A program made the translations under genes and the position numbers. Below are positions 17,915-28,470 of a stretch of 64,000 bases of DNA, piece by piece. Position 1 is the first letter of the stretch. Each line of letters opens with the position of its first letter. The stretch is from a virus. Its lineage: Duplodnaviria; Caudoviricetes. The notes under the pieces are model-generated. The model was not told where the DNA came from. It saw only the letters and a list, made by a program, of their open reading frames with translations, and searched no databases. The stretch lies in IMG/VR virus record IMGVR_UViG_3300035180_001680. The stretch is one strand, 5' to 3'.

Positions 17915-17962
17915 ATCTCCATCTTTTCAATATTTATGTATAACAGAAAAAATGCTTCTAGT

Positions 17963-17976
17963 TATAAATATAAATA
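17963..17976 (+). promoter_or_regulatory. T4-like late promoter (overlapping tandem TATAAATA)
   Basis: Upstream of the tail fibre gene; same motif at 14401, 16383, 47658, 63096 and on the minus strand at 27431. Confidence 0.7.
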
Positions 17977-17997
17977 ATAGGAACTAGGGAGCATATA

Positions 17998-20900
17998 ATG
18001 TTATTTGATGGTATTACACTCAACGAAGGTTCGCATATTCTAAACGCATCGATTGAAAGTGGAGCAAGTTTTCCGCTTGTTCCTAATGTAGGAGAATTGT
18101 TTTACAAAACTAGCGTGGGACTTCATGTGTTTGATGGTTCTACGTGGAATTTGGTGAACACGTCTGACACCACATCATTCATATTGAAATCTGGCGGAAC
18201 AATGACTGGTTATCTTGTGTTGAATGATGACCCAACAACGAATCTACAAGCAGCAACTAAACACTATGTTGATAACTCTGTTGCATCGTATGCACCATTG
18301 ACAGGAACAGGGACTTCAGGAACTTGGGGTATTAGTATTACAGGAAATGCAGCTACTGTCACTACTAACGCCAATTTAACAGGAGTAGTTACATCAGTAG
18401 GAAACGCAACGTCTATCGGTGCTGGTGCAATTTCAAATACAATGTTAGCAAATTCTGCGGTTGCAAATTTGAGTGGTACTAATACAGGTGACCAAACAAT
18501 TTCTATTTCAGGTGACGTTACAGCTTCTGGGAGTACTGGAGTCTTAACAGCAACAGTAACAAAAATAAATGGGACGGATTTATCTGGATTGACAACCGGA
18601 TTATTAAAAAATACTACAGGAACTGGTGTTCCGTCTATTGCAGTTGCTGGGACAGATTATTTATTACCAACGGGGAGTGCTGCATCATTAACAAACTTCC
18701 CAACATTAAACCAAAATACAACTGGAAATGCCGCCACAGCTTCTGCTGTTCCATTCAGTGGAATAACAAGCAAACCCACAACATTATCGGGTTACGGAAT
18801 AACGGATGGACAGCCTCTAGACGGAGACTTAACTTCAATTGCTGGACTTGCTGGAACAAGTGGTCTTTTAAAGAAAACTGCCGCAAATACATGGGCGCTT
18901 GACACAAACACATATTTAACTTCCTCAACGGGTGTAACGTCAGTTGCAGGAACGGCTGGTAATATTACAGCAAGTGCATCTACAGGAGCCGTTACACTCA
19001 ACCTTGCAACTATTACAGATTCTGGTCTTGGTTCTTTCAAGAAGATAAACACAGATGGGTTTGGACGAGTAACAGGAACAACAACAGTAACTTCTTCTGA
19101 TATAACAACAACTCTTGGATATACTCCTGCGAATAAAGTTGGAGATTCTATCACAGGTAATTTTGTTTTTGATGGAGTTCATACGGTAACAGGGCTTCCT
19201 TCTCCTACAGGTGGAACAGATGCTGCAAATAAAAATTACGTTGATGCGGCAACTAACGGTCTCACATGGAAATCTGCTGTTCGAGTAGCATCGACTACAA
19301 ATATAAACCTTACCACAGGAGGACTCATTGCGGTAGATGGTGTTACAACCGTTGCAGGTGACAGAGTTCTCGTTAAAGATCAAACATTACCAAAAGAAAA
19401 CGGAATTTATATCGCTGGAACGGGTGCATGGACACGTGCTTCAGATATGAATTTAGCCAGTGAATTTGATGGTTCTGCAGTCTTTGTAAAAGAAGGAACA
19501 TTATATCAAAGTTCTGGTTGGACAGAAACAGCAACTGTGGTAACTGTAGGAACTGATACAGTTACATTTTCAGAGTTTACTGGTGGGGCTTTGTATACTT
19601 GGGGAGTAGGTTTAGCAAATACAGGAAATACAGTTAATATTCAATTGGGTGCAGGTATTGCTGAACTCCCAACAGACGAGGTTGGTATTGACGTATATTC
19701 TGGTGGCGGATTAATGCTAACAGTTGATGGAACAACATCTTCTACATCAACAGCAGCCCAAGTTTCATTAACTAAAGTTGGAACTTCTGGCACATACACG
19801 AGTGTTTCGACAGATTCATACGGTCGTGTTACAAGTGGAAGTAATCCAGCTACTGTTAATTCATTTAATACGAGAACTGGTTCTGTAACATTAACGAGTG
19901 GTGATGTTACATCTGCTCTGGGATCTACAACGGCTAATTATTTCCTTGCAACACCAAACGGTTCGACAGGAACTCCATCATTACGTGCAATAGTTGCAGC
20001 AGATATTCCAACATTAAACCAAAACACAACTGGAAATGCGGGAACAGCAACAATATTGCAAACTGGAAGAACGATTGCTCTTTCAGGTGCAGCTACAGGA
20101 ACAGCTACTTCTTTTGATGGTAGTGCAAACATCACCATCCCAGTCACCTCACTGAATGCAGCAAACTTATCTGGGACTATTCCTTCCGCAGTATTGGGAG
20201 CAAGTACAACTTATGTTGGAACAACAGCTGTTGCATTAAACAGAGCAAGTGCAGCTTTGGCATTAACTGGCATCACTGGAGTTTCGAGTACAGGCGCTTT
20301 GACGTTAAGTTCTACCACCACAAACGCTGTTACATTGGATTCTGGAACAACAGGTGCTGTTAATATTGGTAATAACGCAAACGCCAAAACCATCACTGTT
20401 GGTAACGTGACTGGTGCAACTGGTGTTGTTGTGAATAGTGGTACAGCTGGTGTGCTGTTCAATCAAGTACCAACTGGAACATTCGCTATAACGGCCACTG
20501 CTGCACCAACTACAGACATGACGCAGGTTACTGCTGCGGGAGTGGTAACTGCAGGTGTAAATGCATTGTCAGTGACGTATTCGGGTGGTGCTGCAGCAGT
20601 TGAGGCAAGTGCTGCGCGGCTCAACCTGACACCAGGCACAACATCCGGTGGTACTTGGTCAGCAATGAGGGTAACACCCTCGAGTGCTGCTGCTGCTGCT
20701 GGTGTTACAATGAACGGCGTGAAGTTTGATTCAGTAACTGCCGGCGCAGGTACTGACAACATGATTTATGCGGGTACCGGGTGGGACAACATCATAAGTT
20801 ATAACGGTACAAGTGTTGTGAACGGGTCCGGACAGCTGAATGCGGCCCAATTAACAGGTACTGTTCCTAGTGCTACTATTAGTGGGGCATACTCTGGCAT

Positions 20901-21456
20901 TACTACTCTGGGTATTTCAGGACAATTAACAAGTACCTTAGCAACCGGTACAGCTCCGTTCGCCGTGAGTAGCACAACCCCTGTAGACAACCTAAGTATA
21001 GGTGGTAATGCGGCAACGGCCTCGACAGCGAATGCGCTCAACACCGGCAACAACTACCAAATGAATAGTTTGGGTGTTGGAACAGCAGGTTCAGGCACGG
21101 CTGGTGAGATTCGTGCTACTAATAATGTGACAGCTTATTATTCCTCGGATTCTCGTTTAAAGGAAAACATAAAACCAATCGAAAATGCTCTTGCTAAGGT
21201 CAAGTTAATTAACGGTGTTACGTATGATTGGACAGAAGATTTCATCGAGTCTCATGGAGGTGAAGACGGTTACTTTATTCGTAAACACGACGTTGGCGTA
21301 ATCGCACAGGAAGTTGAGGCTGTGATGCCAGAAATTGTGGTCGATCGGGATGATGGTTACAAAGCGGTTAAATACGAGCGTATGGTTGCACTTCTCATTG
21401 AAGCGGTTAAAGAATTATCTGCTGAAATTGAAGTGTTAAAAGCAAAAGTCAATTAG
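17998..21456 (+). CDS. long tail fibre with C-terminal intramolecular chaperone (peptidase S74-type)
   Basis: G/T/A/S-rich repeats, DAANKNYVD, AATKHYVD, YYSSDSRLKENIK...GVIAQEV...VKYERMVALLIEAVKEL. Confidence 0.9.
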   Translation: MLFDGITLNEGSHILNASIESGASFPLVPNVGELFYKTSVGLHVFDGSTWNLVNTSDTTSFILKSGGTMTGYLVLNDDPTTNLQAATKHYVDNSVASYAPLTGTGTSGTWGISITGNAATVTTNANLTGVVTSVGNATSIGAGAISNTMLANSAVANLSGTNTGDQTISISGDVTASGSTGVLTATVTKINGTDLSGLTTGLLKNTTGTGVPSIAVAGTDYLLPTGSAASLTNFPTLNQNTTGNAATASAVPFSGITSKPTTLSGYGITDGQPLDGDLTSIAGLAGTSGLLKKTAANTWALDTNTYLTSSTGVTSVAGTAGNITASASTGAVTLNLATITDSGLGSFKKINTDGFGRVTGTTTVTSSDITTTLGYTPANKVGDSITGNFVFDGVHTVTGLPSPTGGTDAANKNYVDAATNGLTWKSAVRVASTTNINLTTGGLIAVDGVTTVAGDRVLVKDQTLPKENGIYIAGTGAWTRASDMNLASEFDGSAVFVKEGTLYQSSGWTETATVVTVGTDTVTFSEFTGGALYTWGVGLANTGNTVNIQLGAGIAELPTDEVGIDVYSGGGLMLTVDGTTSSTSTAAQVSLTKVGTSGTYTSVSTDSYGRVTSGSNPATVNSFNTRTGSVTLTSGDVTSALGSTTANYFLATPNGSTGTPSLRAIVAADIPTLNQNTTGNAGTATILQTGRTIALSGAATGTATSFDGSANITIPVTSLNAANLSGTIPSAVLGASTTYVGTTAVALNRASAALALTGITGVSSTGALTLSSTTTNAVTLDSGTTGAVNIGNNANAKTITVGNVTGATGVVVNSGTAGVLFNQVPTGTFAITATAAPTTDMTQVTAAGVVTAGVNALSVTYSGGAAAVEASAARLNLTPGTTSGGTWSAMRVTPSSAAAAAGVTMNGVKFDSVTAGAGTDNMIYAGTGWDNIISYNGTSVVNGSGQLNAAQLTGTVPSATISGAYSGITTLGISGQLTSTLATGTAPFAVSSTTPVDNLSIGGNAATASTANALNTGNNYQMNSLGVGTAGSGTAGEIRATNNVTAYYSSDSRLKENIKPIENALAKVKLINGVTYDWTEDFIESHGGEDGYFIRKHDVGVIAQEVEAVMPEIVVDRDDGYKAVKYERMVALLIEAVKELSAEIEVLKAKVN

Positions 21457-21468
21457 GAGGATACAACG

Positions 21469-21987
21469 ATGGCAATTTATGCAAAGGTCGAAAATGGTGT
21501 AGCAACCGAATATCCCATATTTGAAGGACAACTTGAACCGTTATTTGTGGACTTAAAATTTCCTTTGGATGATCCAAAAAACATAACAATTAACAATGGG
21601 ACATTATGTCCTGCTGGTTATGTGGTTGTTCAGGTAAATCCTGTTGTAAATCCAGACCCGACAACGATCTATACGATGGGATTGCCTACTCTTGATCCAG
21701 TAGATGGAATATGGAAAGAGGCTTGGATTGCAACTCCCATGACAGCAGACCAAATCACTGCTGCCAAAACAGGAATTGCTTCACGGGTTCGTACAAAGCG
21801 TAACAAATTGTTAGCAGCTTCAGATGTATATGTTACATCTGACCGTTGGGCTATTATGTCATCTACCGACCAACAAATGTGGGCAACATTCCGACAAGCT
21901 TTACGTGACATACCAACACAAACCGATTTCCCTATTAGTGTAACATGGCCAATAGAACCTTCGGTATTCCAGGTCAACTCCTTCTAA
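21469..21987 (+). CDS. tail fibre assembly chaperone
   Basis: C-terminal VRTKRNKLLAASD...WATFRQALRDIPTQTDFP...WP motif; directly follows the fibre gene. Confidence 0.85.
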   Translation: MAIYAKVENGVATEYPIFEGQLEPLFVDLKFPLDDPKNITINNGTLCPAGYVVVQVNPVVNPDPTTIYTMGLPTLDPVDGIWKEAWIATPMTADQITAAKTGIASRVRTKRNKLLAASDVYVTSDRWAIMSSTDQQMWATFRQALRDIPTQTDFPISVTWPIEPSVFQVNSF

Positions 21988-22000
21988 TAAGAGAGATGCT

Positions 22001-23524
22001 ATGACACTACAAACATCAGGTGCAATATCACTAAGTGATATTCAAACAGAATTCGGGGGAGCTAATCCTATTGGACTGAATGAGTATTACGCTGGTGGTG
22101 GCTTAGTTCCATCGGGTACGACTGGAACTAATGGTGCAGTTCCTTCTAGTGGAGAAATTAACTTCTGGAACTTCTATGGGACGGCAGCAGCAGCAGCTGC
22201 TGCCACATATTGGATGTCTATGCTAACTATTAACTCTGTTCAAACGGAAGACAACTATGGACAATCTATTGCCGTTGATGGGCATGGAAATGTATACATA
22301 ACTGGATATGAAACAACACAGACTGCAGGTTATAACGATATCTTCATAGCTAAATACAATACAAGTGGGGTTATTCAGTGGCAAAGAAGATTAGGTGGAA
22401 CGGACTATGATTATGGACAAGCTATTGCTGTTGATGGGTCTGGAAATGTCTATATTGCTGGATATGAAGCTTCACAGACTGCAGGTAATTACGATATCTT
22501 CATAGCTAAATACAGTACAAGTGGGGTTATTCAGTGGCAAAGAAGATTAGGTGGAACGAGTACTGATGGTGGAGCTGGCATTGCTGTTGATGGGTCTGGA
22601 AATGTCTATATTGCTGGATATGAATATTCACAGACTGCAGGTAATTACGATGTGTTTATAGCTAAATACAATACAAGTGGGGTTATTCAGTGGCAAAGAA
22701 GCTTAGGTGGAACGAGTACTGATTATGGACAAGCTATTGCCGTTGATGGGTCTGGTAATGTCTATGTAACTGGATATGAAGTACAGACTGCAGGTAATTA
22801 CGATGTGTTTATAGCTAAATACAATACAAGTGGGGTTATTCAGTGGCAAAGAAGATTAGGTGGAACGGGTGCTGATTATGGCACGAGCATTGCTGTTGAT
22901 GGGTCTGGTAATGTCTATGTAACTGGATATGAAACAACACAGACTGCAGGTAGTAACGATGTGTTTATAGCTAAATACAATACAAGTGGGGTTATTCAGT
23001 GGCAAAGAAGATTAGGTGGAACGAATAATGACCGAGGATCGGGCATTGCCGTTGATGGATCTGGAAATGTCTATGTAACTGGATATGAATATTCACAGTC
23101 TGGTGGTGTTAATTACGATATCTTCGTAGCAAAGTATAACACAAGTGGGGTTATTCAGTGGCAAAGAAGAGTCTATAGTAGTACACATGACTTGTACGGT
23201 ACGTCAATCGTAGTTAATGGAACCACATTTAGTGTGTGCGGCTACTATCAAAGTTCTCCTACACATGCATATGTGGCTGTTGGTTCAAATTCATTCATTG
23301 CAAGTCTACCGATAGATGGAACAAAAACAGGATCTAGTGTTACGTTTTCACAAGTATATGCAACACCAGTATTACAATATGCAGCTACTACATTAACGGA
23401 TGCAGCTACTACATTAACGGATGCAGCTACTACCTTAACGGATGCAGCTACTACCTTAACGGATGCAGCTACTACCTTAACGGATGCAGCTACTACCTAC
23501 ACTGCAGAAACACATACGATTTAA
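22001..23524 (+). CDS. probable receptor-binding adhesin: gp38-like N-terminus plus seven-bladed (SBBP-type) beta-propeller
   Basis: SGAISLSDIQTEFGGANPIGLNEYY N-terminus; six near-identical 51-53 aa IAVDGSGNVY...DxFIAKY..SG..QW repeats plus one degenerate repeat. Confidence 0.8.
   Translation: MTLQTSGAISLSDIQTEFGGANPIGLNEYYAGGGLVPSGTTGTNGAVPSSGEINFWNFYGTAAAAAAATYWMSMLTINSVQTEDNYGQSIAVDGHGNVYITGYETTQTAGYNDIFIAKYNTSGVIQWQRRLGGTDYDYGQAIAVDGSGNVYIAGYEASQTAGNYDIFIAKYSTSGVIQWQRRLGGTSTDGGAGIAVDGSGNVYIAGYEYSQTAGNYDVFIAKYNTSGVIQWQRSLGGTSTDYGQAIAVDGSGNVYVTGYEVQTAGNYDVFIAKYNTSGVIQWQRRLGGTGADYGTSIAVDGSGNVYVTGYETTQTAGSNDVFIAKYNTSGVIQWQRRLGGTNNDRGSGIAVDGSGNVYVTGYEYSQSGGVNYDIFVAKYNTSGVIQWQRRVYSSTHDLYGTSIVVNGTTFSVCGYYQSSPTHAYVAVGSNSFIASLPIDGTKTGSSVTFSQVYATPVLQYAATTLTDAATTLTDAATTLTDAATTLTDAATTLTDAATTYTAETHTI
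23381..23497 (+). repeat. 21-bp coding tandem repeat (AATTLTD x5 plus a partial unit)
   Basis: GCAGCTACTAC(A/C)TTAACGGAT units from 23381. Confidence 0.9.
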
Positions 23525-23526
23525 TT

Positions 23527-24111
23527 ATGGAAACAGTTATACACGAAATACCTTGGAGGCATGCACTAACAGACAGCTTTTTAAGCAATAGTGAATATGA
23601 TGTTGTTGTGGATTACGTAAAAACACTGCTATCTTTTTTGCCGGTGACTGAAGGATATAAAGAATTTTTAGATGACAGTTGTAATACCGAAATTAGCAAT
23701 ATCCTGTGTCCGAAAGTATATCAACTTAGAGATACCTTATTTGATACACTAAATTTCGGCGGGAAAGTTCTCCCTCAAGTTCAATACTCTAATTGTGAGT
23801 TGGTAATATCACCAGCGGGATACCGGTATGGAACTATTCACGAAGAAGGGAAACGAAAATTGATGACTTCCGTATTGTATTTGTATCCTCAGGAAGGTGA
23901 TGGTACAGAGATTTATAAAACTAACAACAAGGATTCATATTTTACAACAATTCCATGGAAACCAGACAGACTGTTGTCTTTTGTTGGTCAAAGGAATCCA
24001 GTGTACCAACGGACATGGCACGACTACGGTAATTCTAAATCATTTCATAGAGTTACTATCAATATGATATTGAGTGAAAATAATCATGGGAATAAAAGGA
24101 CAAGGCAATGA
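23527..24111 (+). CDS. 2OG-Fe(II) oxygenase superfamily protein
   Basis: IHEE...KLMTSVLYL...GT...PWKPDRLLSF...TWHDY...RVTINM pattern. Confidence 0.65.
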   Translation: METVIHEIPWRHALTDSFLSNSEYDVVVDYVKTLLSFLPVTEGYKEFLDDSCNTEISNILCPKVYQLRDTLFDTLNFGGKVLPQVQYSNCELVISPAGYRYGTIHEEGKRKLMTSVLYLYPQEGDGTEIYKTNNKDSYFTTIPWKPDRLLSFVGQRNPVYQRTWHDYGNSKSFHRVTINMILSENNHGNKRTRQ

Positions 24112-24706
24112 CACTGCAGGCACCAAGTGCAGAAACCAACATGATTCTATGATGGAAGGTAACGTTCTAGGGTCAGGACCCTCCCGTAAATCATATATCC
24201 CAAACGATCTACCCTCTATTGGTTGTAATTTTCCCTGGACACGCGTAAACTGGACAATAATATTTGATGAGCCGGTTATTGATAAGTTAGTGGAACAACC
24301 TAACTTGATTTCAATAGAAACAAAACTAATTCTTCATTCGAGACTTGTTCCTCATCTAACAGTCAACCATTACACAAGTATGCTTCGACCAAGAATTGAC
24401 TCTATATTCAGTTTTACAAGAATTGAAGAGAAACAGTATTACATTAGTTCTGGTCATTACGCAGCATTATGGATGATTAACAAAGGATTTAACAAACTTA
24501 ATCTATATGGAATGGATAATTACTTCGGTGATTTAGTGTGTGGAGATAACTATACACACATTCAAGGAACACAACACTACCTACCTAATACGGTTAAGGA
24601 TAAATACTCCGAACAACAGATATTAGCAAGAGGTCATCATTGGAAAGACGGATGGGACTTGATCCAAAAACAACATTCACACGTAGAGTTTAATTTTGTT
24701 AGATAA
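24074..24706 (+). CDS. GT29/MAF-like (sialyltransferase-like fold) protein
   Basis: VLGSGPS...IGCN...SSGHYAALW...LNLYGMD; probable start 24149. Confidence 0.55.
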   Translation: MKIIMGIKGQGNDTAGTKCRNQHDSMMEGNVLGSGPSRKSYIPNDLPSIGCNFPWTRVNWTIIFDEPVIDKLVEQPNLISIETKLILHSRLVPHLTVNHYTSMLRPRIDSIFSFTRIEEKQYYISSGHYAALWMINKGFNKLNLYGMDNYFGDLVCGDNYTHIQGTQHYLPNTVKDKYSEQQILARGHHWKDGWDLIQKQHSHVEFNFVR

Positions 24707-25400
24707 TCCTAAAACAATTATCGTGTCATATCCAAATGCAGGAAGAACTTGGCTCAAGCAAATGACGGATATGCTAGATACGGGTATTATGTATTCTCAC
24801 CAAGGATCCCAACACCGTAACCAACTAACTGCCAGCGAAATTATTCAGTTTCTTCAACAATACCCCGATCGATTTGTAGATAGCAAAATCATACTTCTAC
24901 ACCGTGATATTAAAGACCATCTGGTATCAAATTATTTTCAAACAATATATCGTGTTGGTATCAAACTTGCTTTGTCCGAATTTCTCCGTCATCCTTCTCA
25001 CGGCGTTGAGAAATTAGTCCGTTTTAATTTGTTTTGGAAACAGTTTTCAGGAGCCGAAAAGATTGGAACGGTAAAGTATGATACAATGCGGTTGAATCCT
25101 TCAGAATACTTAGTTCAACTTATCCACTTTTTTGATATACCTATTGATGAAACTAGGATTCCTGAGGTAGTTGACTATTGTTCGTTTGAAAGAATGAAAG
25201 ATAGAGAAACAAAGAGAGAAGGTTGGCAGTACTACTATCAGTACACTACACTTGATAATCCGGAATCATTCAAGTGTCGCAGGGGTAAAGTTGGAGGATA
25301 CGTCGATTATTTATCACCAGAAGATATACAATACTGTGATGCTATCACAGAACAATACAATTATACTGGACTGATGAATGACGATACCATTGGTAATTGA
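24696..25400 (+). CDS. sulfotransferase family protein
   Basis: PAPS-binding loop SYPNAGRTWL, ILLHRDIKD, C-terminal RRGKVGGY. Confidence 0.85.
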   Translation: MLDNPKTIIVSYPNAGRTWLKQMTDMLDTGIMYSHQGSQHRNQLTASEIIQFLQQYPDRFVDSKIILLHRDIKDHLVSNYFQTIYRVGIKLALSEFLRHPSHGVEKLVRFNLFWKQFSGAEKIGTVKYDTMRLNPSEYLVQLIHFFDIPIDETRIPEVVDYCSFERMKDRETKREGWQYYYQYTTLDNPESFKCRRGKVGGYVDYLSPEDIQYCDAITEQYNYTGLMNDDTIGN

Positions 25401-26325
25401 AAGGGCAGTTGTTGAAATTAATGGCGGATGTAACTATAAATGTCAGATGTGTCCTCAATCAATCGGACGAGAAAAACAATTCCTCAAAACGATCCCACTT
25501 ACTGAGTTTGAGAGGGTCGTTGCAGAGTTGTCACAATATGGTCTCAAACTTGTCAATCTTGAAGGCTCAGGTGAACCAACACTACAAAATAACCTTGATG
25601 AATATATCAAGGTAGTTACAAAATACGGGGCTAAACCATTTATATACACTAATGGGTTCCGGATGAAAGGTGATTTGATGAAACGGTGTGTTGATGCCGG
25701 ACTCGCATTTTGTCGGTTCTCTGTTATTGGATACAGTAGAGAGAAATACCGTGAATGGATGAAGGCAGATAACTTTGAAATAATCGTTGAGAACGCTGGG
25801 GCAATGAATGAATATGCTCAGGGTTCTACAACAGTCGCTTCATATCATCTCATCCTAGGGTCCGATACCGATTATGAAATTGACCAATATGTAACAAACT
25901 TCATAACTCCTGCACGGACCCAGGCAGAGATATGGAAAATGCACAATTGGTCTGGAGTCTATGACAATCCAACTAAGCGTATGGGCAACAGAAAAACTTG
26001 TGGCAGGCCCTTTGCTCCTGAAATAACAATCCGTGCCGGCGGCCCTAATAAACTATCAGTTGCACCATGTTGCCAGACACTCGGTCAAGACACCATCGCG
26101 GTTCTTGGAAATCTAACAACTCAAACTGTTGAACAAATATGGAATGGTCAACCATACGAACAACTTAGACAAGCACATAGTGAAAAAATGTTTGATAGTA
26201 TTCCCTATTGCAGTAAGTGTGACTTTCTGTATGATGACCAATCTGTTCTCGTTTATTCAAACACAAATACTAAATTATTCACTATGAACGGAACCACATT
26301 CTCTCTTGATGACTTCAGAAACTAA
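25378..26325 (+). CDS. radical SAM/SPASM protein
   Basis: CNYKCQMC motif, GSGEPTL, C-terminal C...CC...LGNL...IWN...CSKC. Confidence 0.9.
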   Translation: MTIPLVIERAVVEINGGCNYKCQMCPQSIGREKQFLKTIPLTEFERVVAELSQYGLKLVNLEGSGEPTLQNNLDEYIKVVTKYGAKPFIYTNGFRMKGDLMKRCVDAGLAFCRFSVIGYSREKYREWMKADNFEIIVENAGAMNEYAQGSTTVASYHLILGSDTDYEIDQYVTNFITPARTQAEIWKMHNWSGVYDNPTKRMGNRKTCGRPFAPEITIRAGGPNKLSVAPCCQTLGQDTIAVLGNLTTQTVEQIWNGQPYEQLRQAHSEKMFDSIPYCSKCDFLYDDQSVLVYSNTNTKLFTMNGTTFSLDDFRN

Positions 26326-26357
26326 AAGATTTGGTGTATTCCTTAAACTCTTCTTGT

Positions 26358-27380
26358 TCACCCAACAAAGTGTTCGACGATAAACCAATGGTCTTCAAAC
26401 ATGTTTTCACCCTGCAATGCTCCCAAGGGAACCCACATTGCTTTTTCAGCGTCATCATCACCCTTAACCTTTGGTAGTGGACCTGGTGGTAATTCTATGA
26501 AAAAAGCATGAGAAATAGTTCTACCTCGCAAACTTCGGTTAGGGTCATCAAACACTTTCATACCTTTAATGTTTCCCCGAAGTACAGGTATTGGAACTTT
26601 AATTTTTGTTTCTTCACGTAGTTCTCTCAACATTGCATCTTCTAAACGTTCGTTTTGGTTAATGAACCCACCCGGAAGTGCCAACAAACCTTTTCCTGGA
26701 GATGAACGACGTTTAATCAACAAAACGTGTCCTGACTGAACAACGACAGCATCTGTGGTAACGAATGTCGGAGGATATGGAGCTGGTAACCAAGCTTTGT
26801 GATATTTTTTGATATATTCGTAGTCTTCCGAAAGTATAGTAAATTCAGGTGTTGACTTAAATAATTCAAGTTTTGCATAAACTGGCTCGGGAACGAGTGC
26901 TTGAAGGAATTTAAGATTTTTGCCCTCAAAGTAAAGTTCACGAAGATCAGTTGCATTAACATCTTCGTTTAATTCATGTTCCACTGGACTCCACTGTGGG
27001 AACATCTTAAGGTAATACGAACTTTCGTCTTTATCATATCCGATGATTGCAATCTTTGGACGGTCTAACCAAAACTCTCCAAGCATAGCCTCACTAACAG
27101 CTTCTTGGACTGCAGTAGTCCACTTTTGGTCGCTTGGTTGGTCGTTGACTTTGGTAATTTTGATTCGGTCTAAATTTCCACCAAAATCCTGACTTATAAT
27201 CATTGCTGCACGCTCTGAAGCAGTCCAAGGATTTTTTGGAGTTCGAGACGAATTTGCGCTACCAATAATAACAATTAGTTTGGTAGCAATTGACAAAGCT
27301 GTTTCAAATACTTGTTTGTGTCCAATGTGGAATGGTTGAAACCGTCCAATAAACACAGCATAATCGTACTGTTTTTGCAT
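26358..27380 (-). CDS. nadM: bifunctional NMN adenylyltransferase / NUDIX ADP-ribose pyrophosphatase
   Basis: FIGRFQPFHIGH and NUDIX box GGFINQNERLEDAMLRELREET; start MQKQY after GGAG. Confidence 0.92.
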   Translation of the reverse strand: MQKQYDYAVFIGRFQPFHIGHKQVFETALSIATKLIVIIGSANSSRTPKNPWTASERAAMIISQDFGGNLDRIKITKVNDQPSDQKWTTAVQEAVSEAMLGEFWLDRPKIAIIGYDKDESSYYLKMFPQWSPVEHELNEDVNATDLRELYFEGKNLKFLQALVPEPVYAKLELFKSTPEFTILSEDYEYIKKYHKAWLPAPYPPTFVTTDAVVVQSGHVLLIKRRSSPGKGLLALPGGFINQNERLEDAMLRELREETKIKVPIPVLRGNIKGMKVFDDPNRSLRGRTISHAFFIELPPGPLPKVKGDDDAEKAMWVPLGALQGENMFEDHWFIVEHFVG

Positions 27381-27503
27381 AGAAAACTCCTTTCTATATG
27401 TTGAGCATCTCTGTCTTTCAGAGATGTTTATATTTATACAACAGTTTACTGTTGACGTCAACTAATTTTACTATATACTAAAGATTAATTTAAAGAAGAC
27501 GAT

Positions 27504-28040
27504 ATGTTATCGTATAAAGAGAATAAAAAACTTACTGTTATAAATTTGTTTGGGGGTCCTTGTACAGGGAAGAGTGCAACTGCAATGTCTCTTTCAGCAA
27601 AGATGAAAATTGAAGGTTATTTGGTTGATTATGTCCCGGAAGTCGCAAAAGACATGACTTGGGAACGAAGACATCATATGTTAACAGAGCAAGATTACAT
27701 TTTTGCAAAACAACACACACGAATTCGTCGGTTGGTTGGACAGGTGGACTACGCTGTGTGTGATAGTCCTATTATACTTGGCTTAATGTATGCTCCAGAT
27801 GATTTTCCAGCATCATTCAAACCATTTGTGTTAGATACATTTAGTTCATATAATAATATTAATATCTTATTACGTAGAACAGTTCAATATGATCCAGTTG
27901 GAAGGAATCAAACTTTAGAAGAAGCAGTTGAGATAGATAGAGATGTTGAGCATTTTTTACTCATTAATAACATACCTTTTTCTGTTTTGGATGTAGACGA
28001 ACAGATAATTAATAACATTGAATCACTTTTGTTTGAATAA
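27504..28040 (+). CDS. NadR-like P-loop kinase/ATPase (AAA_28)
   Basis: GGPCTGKS, VPEVAK, VCDSPI. Confidence 0.75.
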   Translation: MLSYKENKKLTVINLFGGPCTGKSATAMSLSAKMKIEGYLVDYVPEVAKDMTWERRHHMLTEQDYIFAKQHTRIRRLVGQVDYAVCDSPIILGLMYAPDDFPASFKPFVLDTFSSYNNINILLRRTVQYDPVGRNQTLEEAVEIDRDVEHFLLINNIPFSVLDVDEQIINNIESLLFE

Positions 28041-28065
28041 ATACTCCATAACCTGGAGAATAAAA

Positions 28066-28470
28066 ATGACATTTACCAAAGAAAACTTTTCTGCACAACA
28101 TATATATCACCCTGGAAATAATCCTTTGTGGTGGCCGATATGGGCGATATTTGGAAATGATAATGATGGGTGGTATGGTGATTCAGATTGGAATCCAACA
28201 AGAAATACATCTTTTATGACAGCAGTTAAATGGTGGTTTAGAAATCCTTTTCATAACTTGGTGTTTGCAGTTGTCGGCTGGTGTTGGGTTGATAGAACGT
28301 GGTATAAATGGACAGTTGGAAATTGGACCTTTGCATTAACTAAGTATGGAAAGTTGCCTCCTATCTTTCCATTCGTTGGTTATGAAAAATTGGGATTTAT
28401 TAAGGGATATATTGGTTGGCGGGGTGGAGCCTTTGGGTTAAAGCTTCGAAAGAATTCCGGACAGACGTAA
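28066..28470 (+). CDS. Trp-rich hypothetical phage protein
   Basis: WWFRNPFHN; GGAG RBS. Confidence 0.7.
   Translation: MTFTKENFSAQHIYHPGNNPLWWPIWAIFGNDNDGWYGDSDWNPTRNTSFMTAVKWWFRNPFHNLVFAVVGWCWVDRTWYKWTVGNWTFALTKYGKLPPIFPFVGYEKLGFIKGYIGWRGGAFGLKLRKNSGQT

Noticed and set aside
22250-23340. Diversity-generating retroelement acting on the propeller repeats
   Set aside because: No reverse transcriptase or non-coding template repeat in the window; differences are not confined to adenines.
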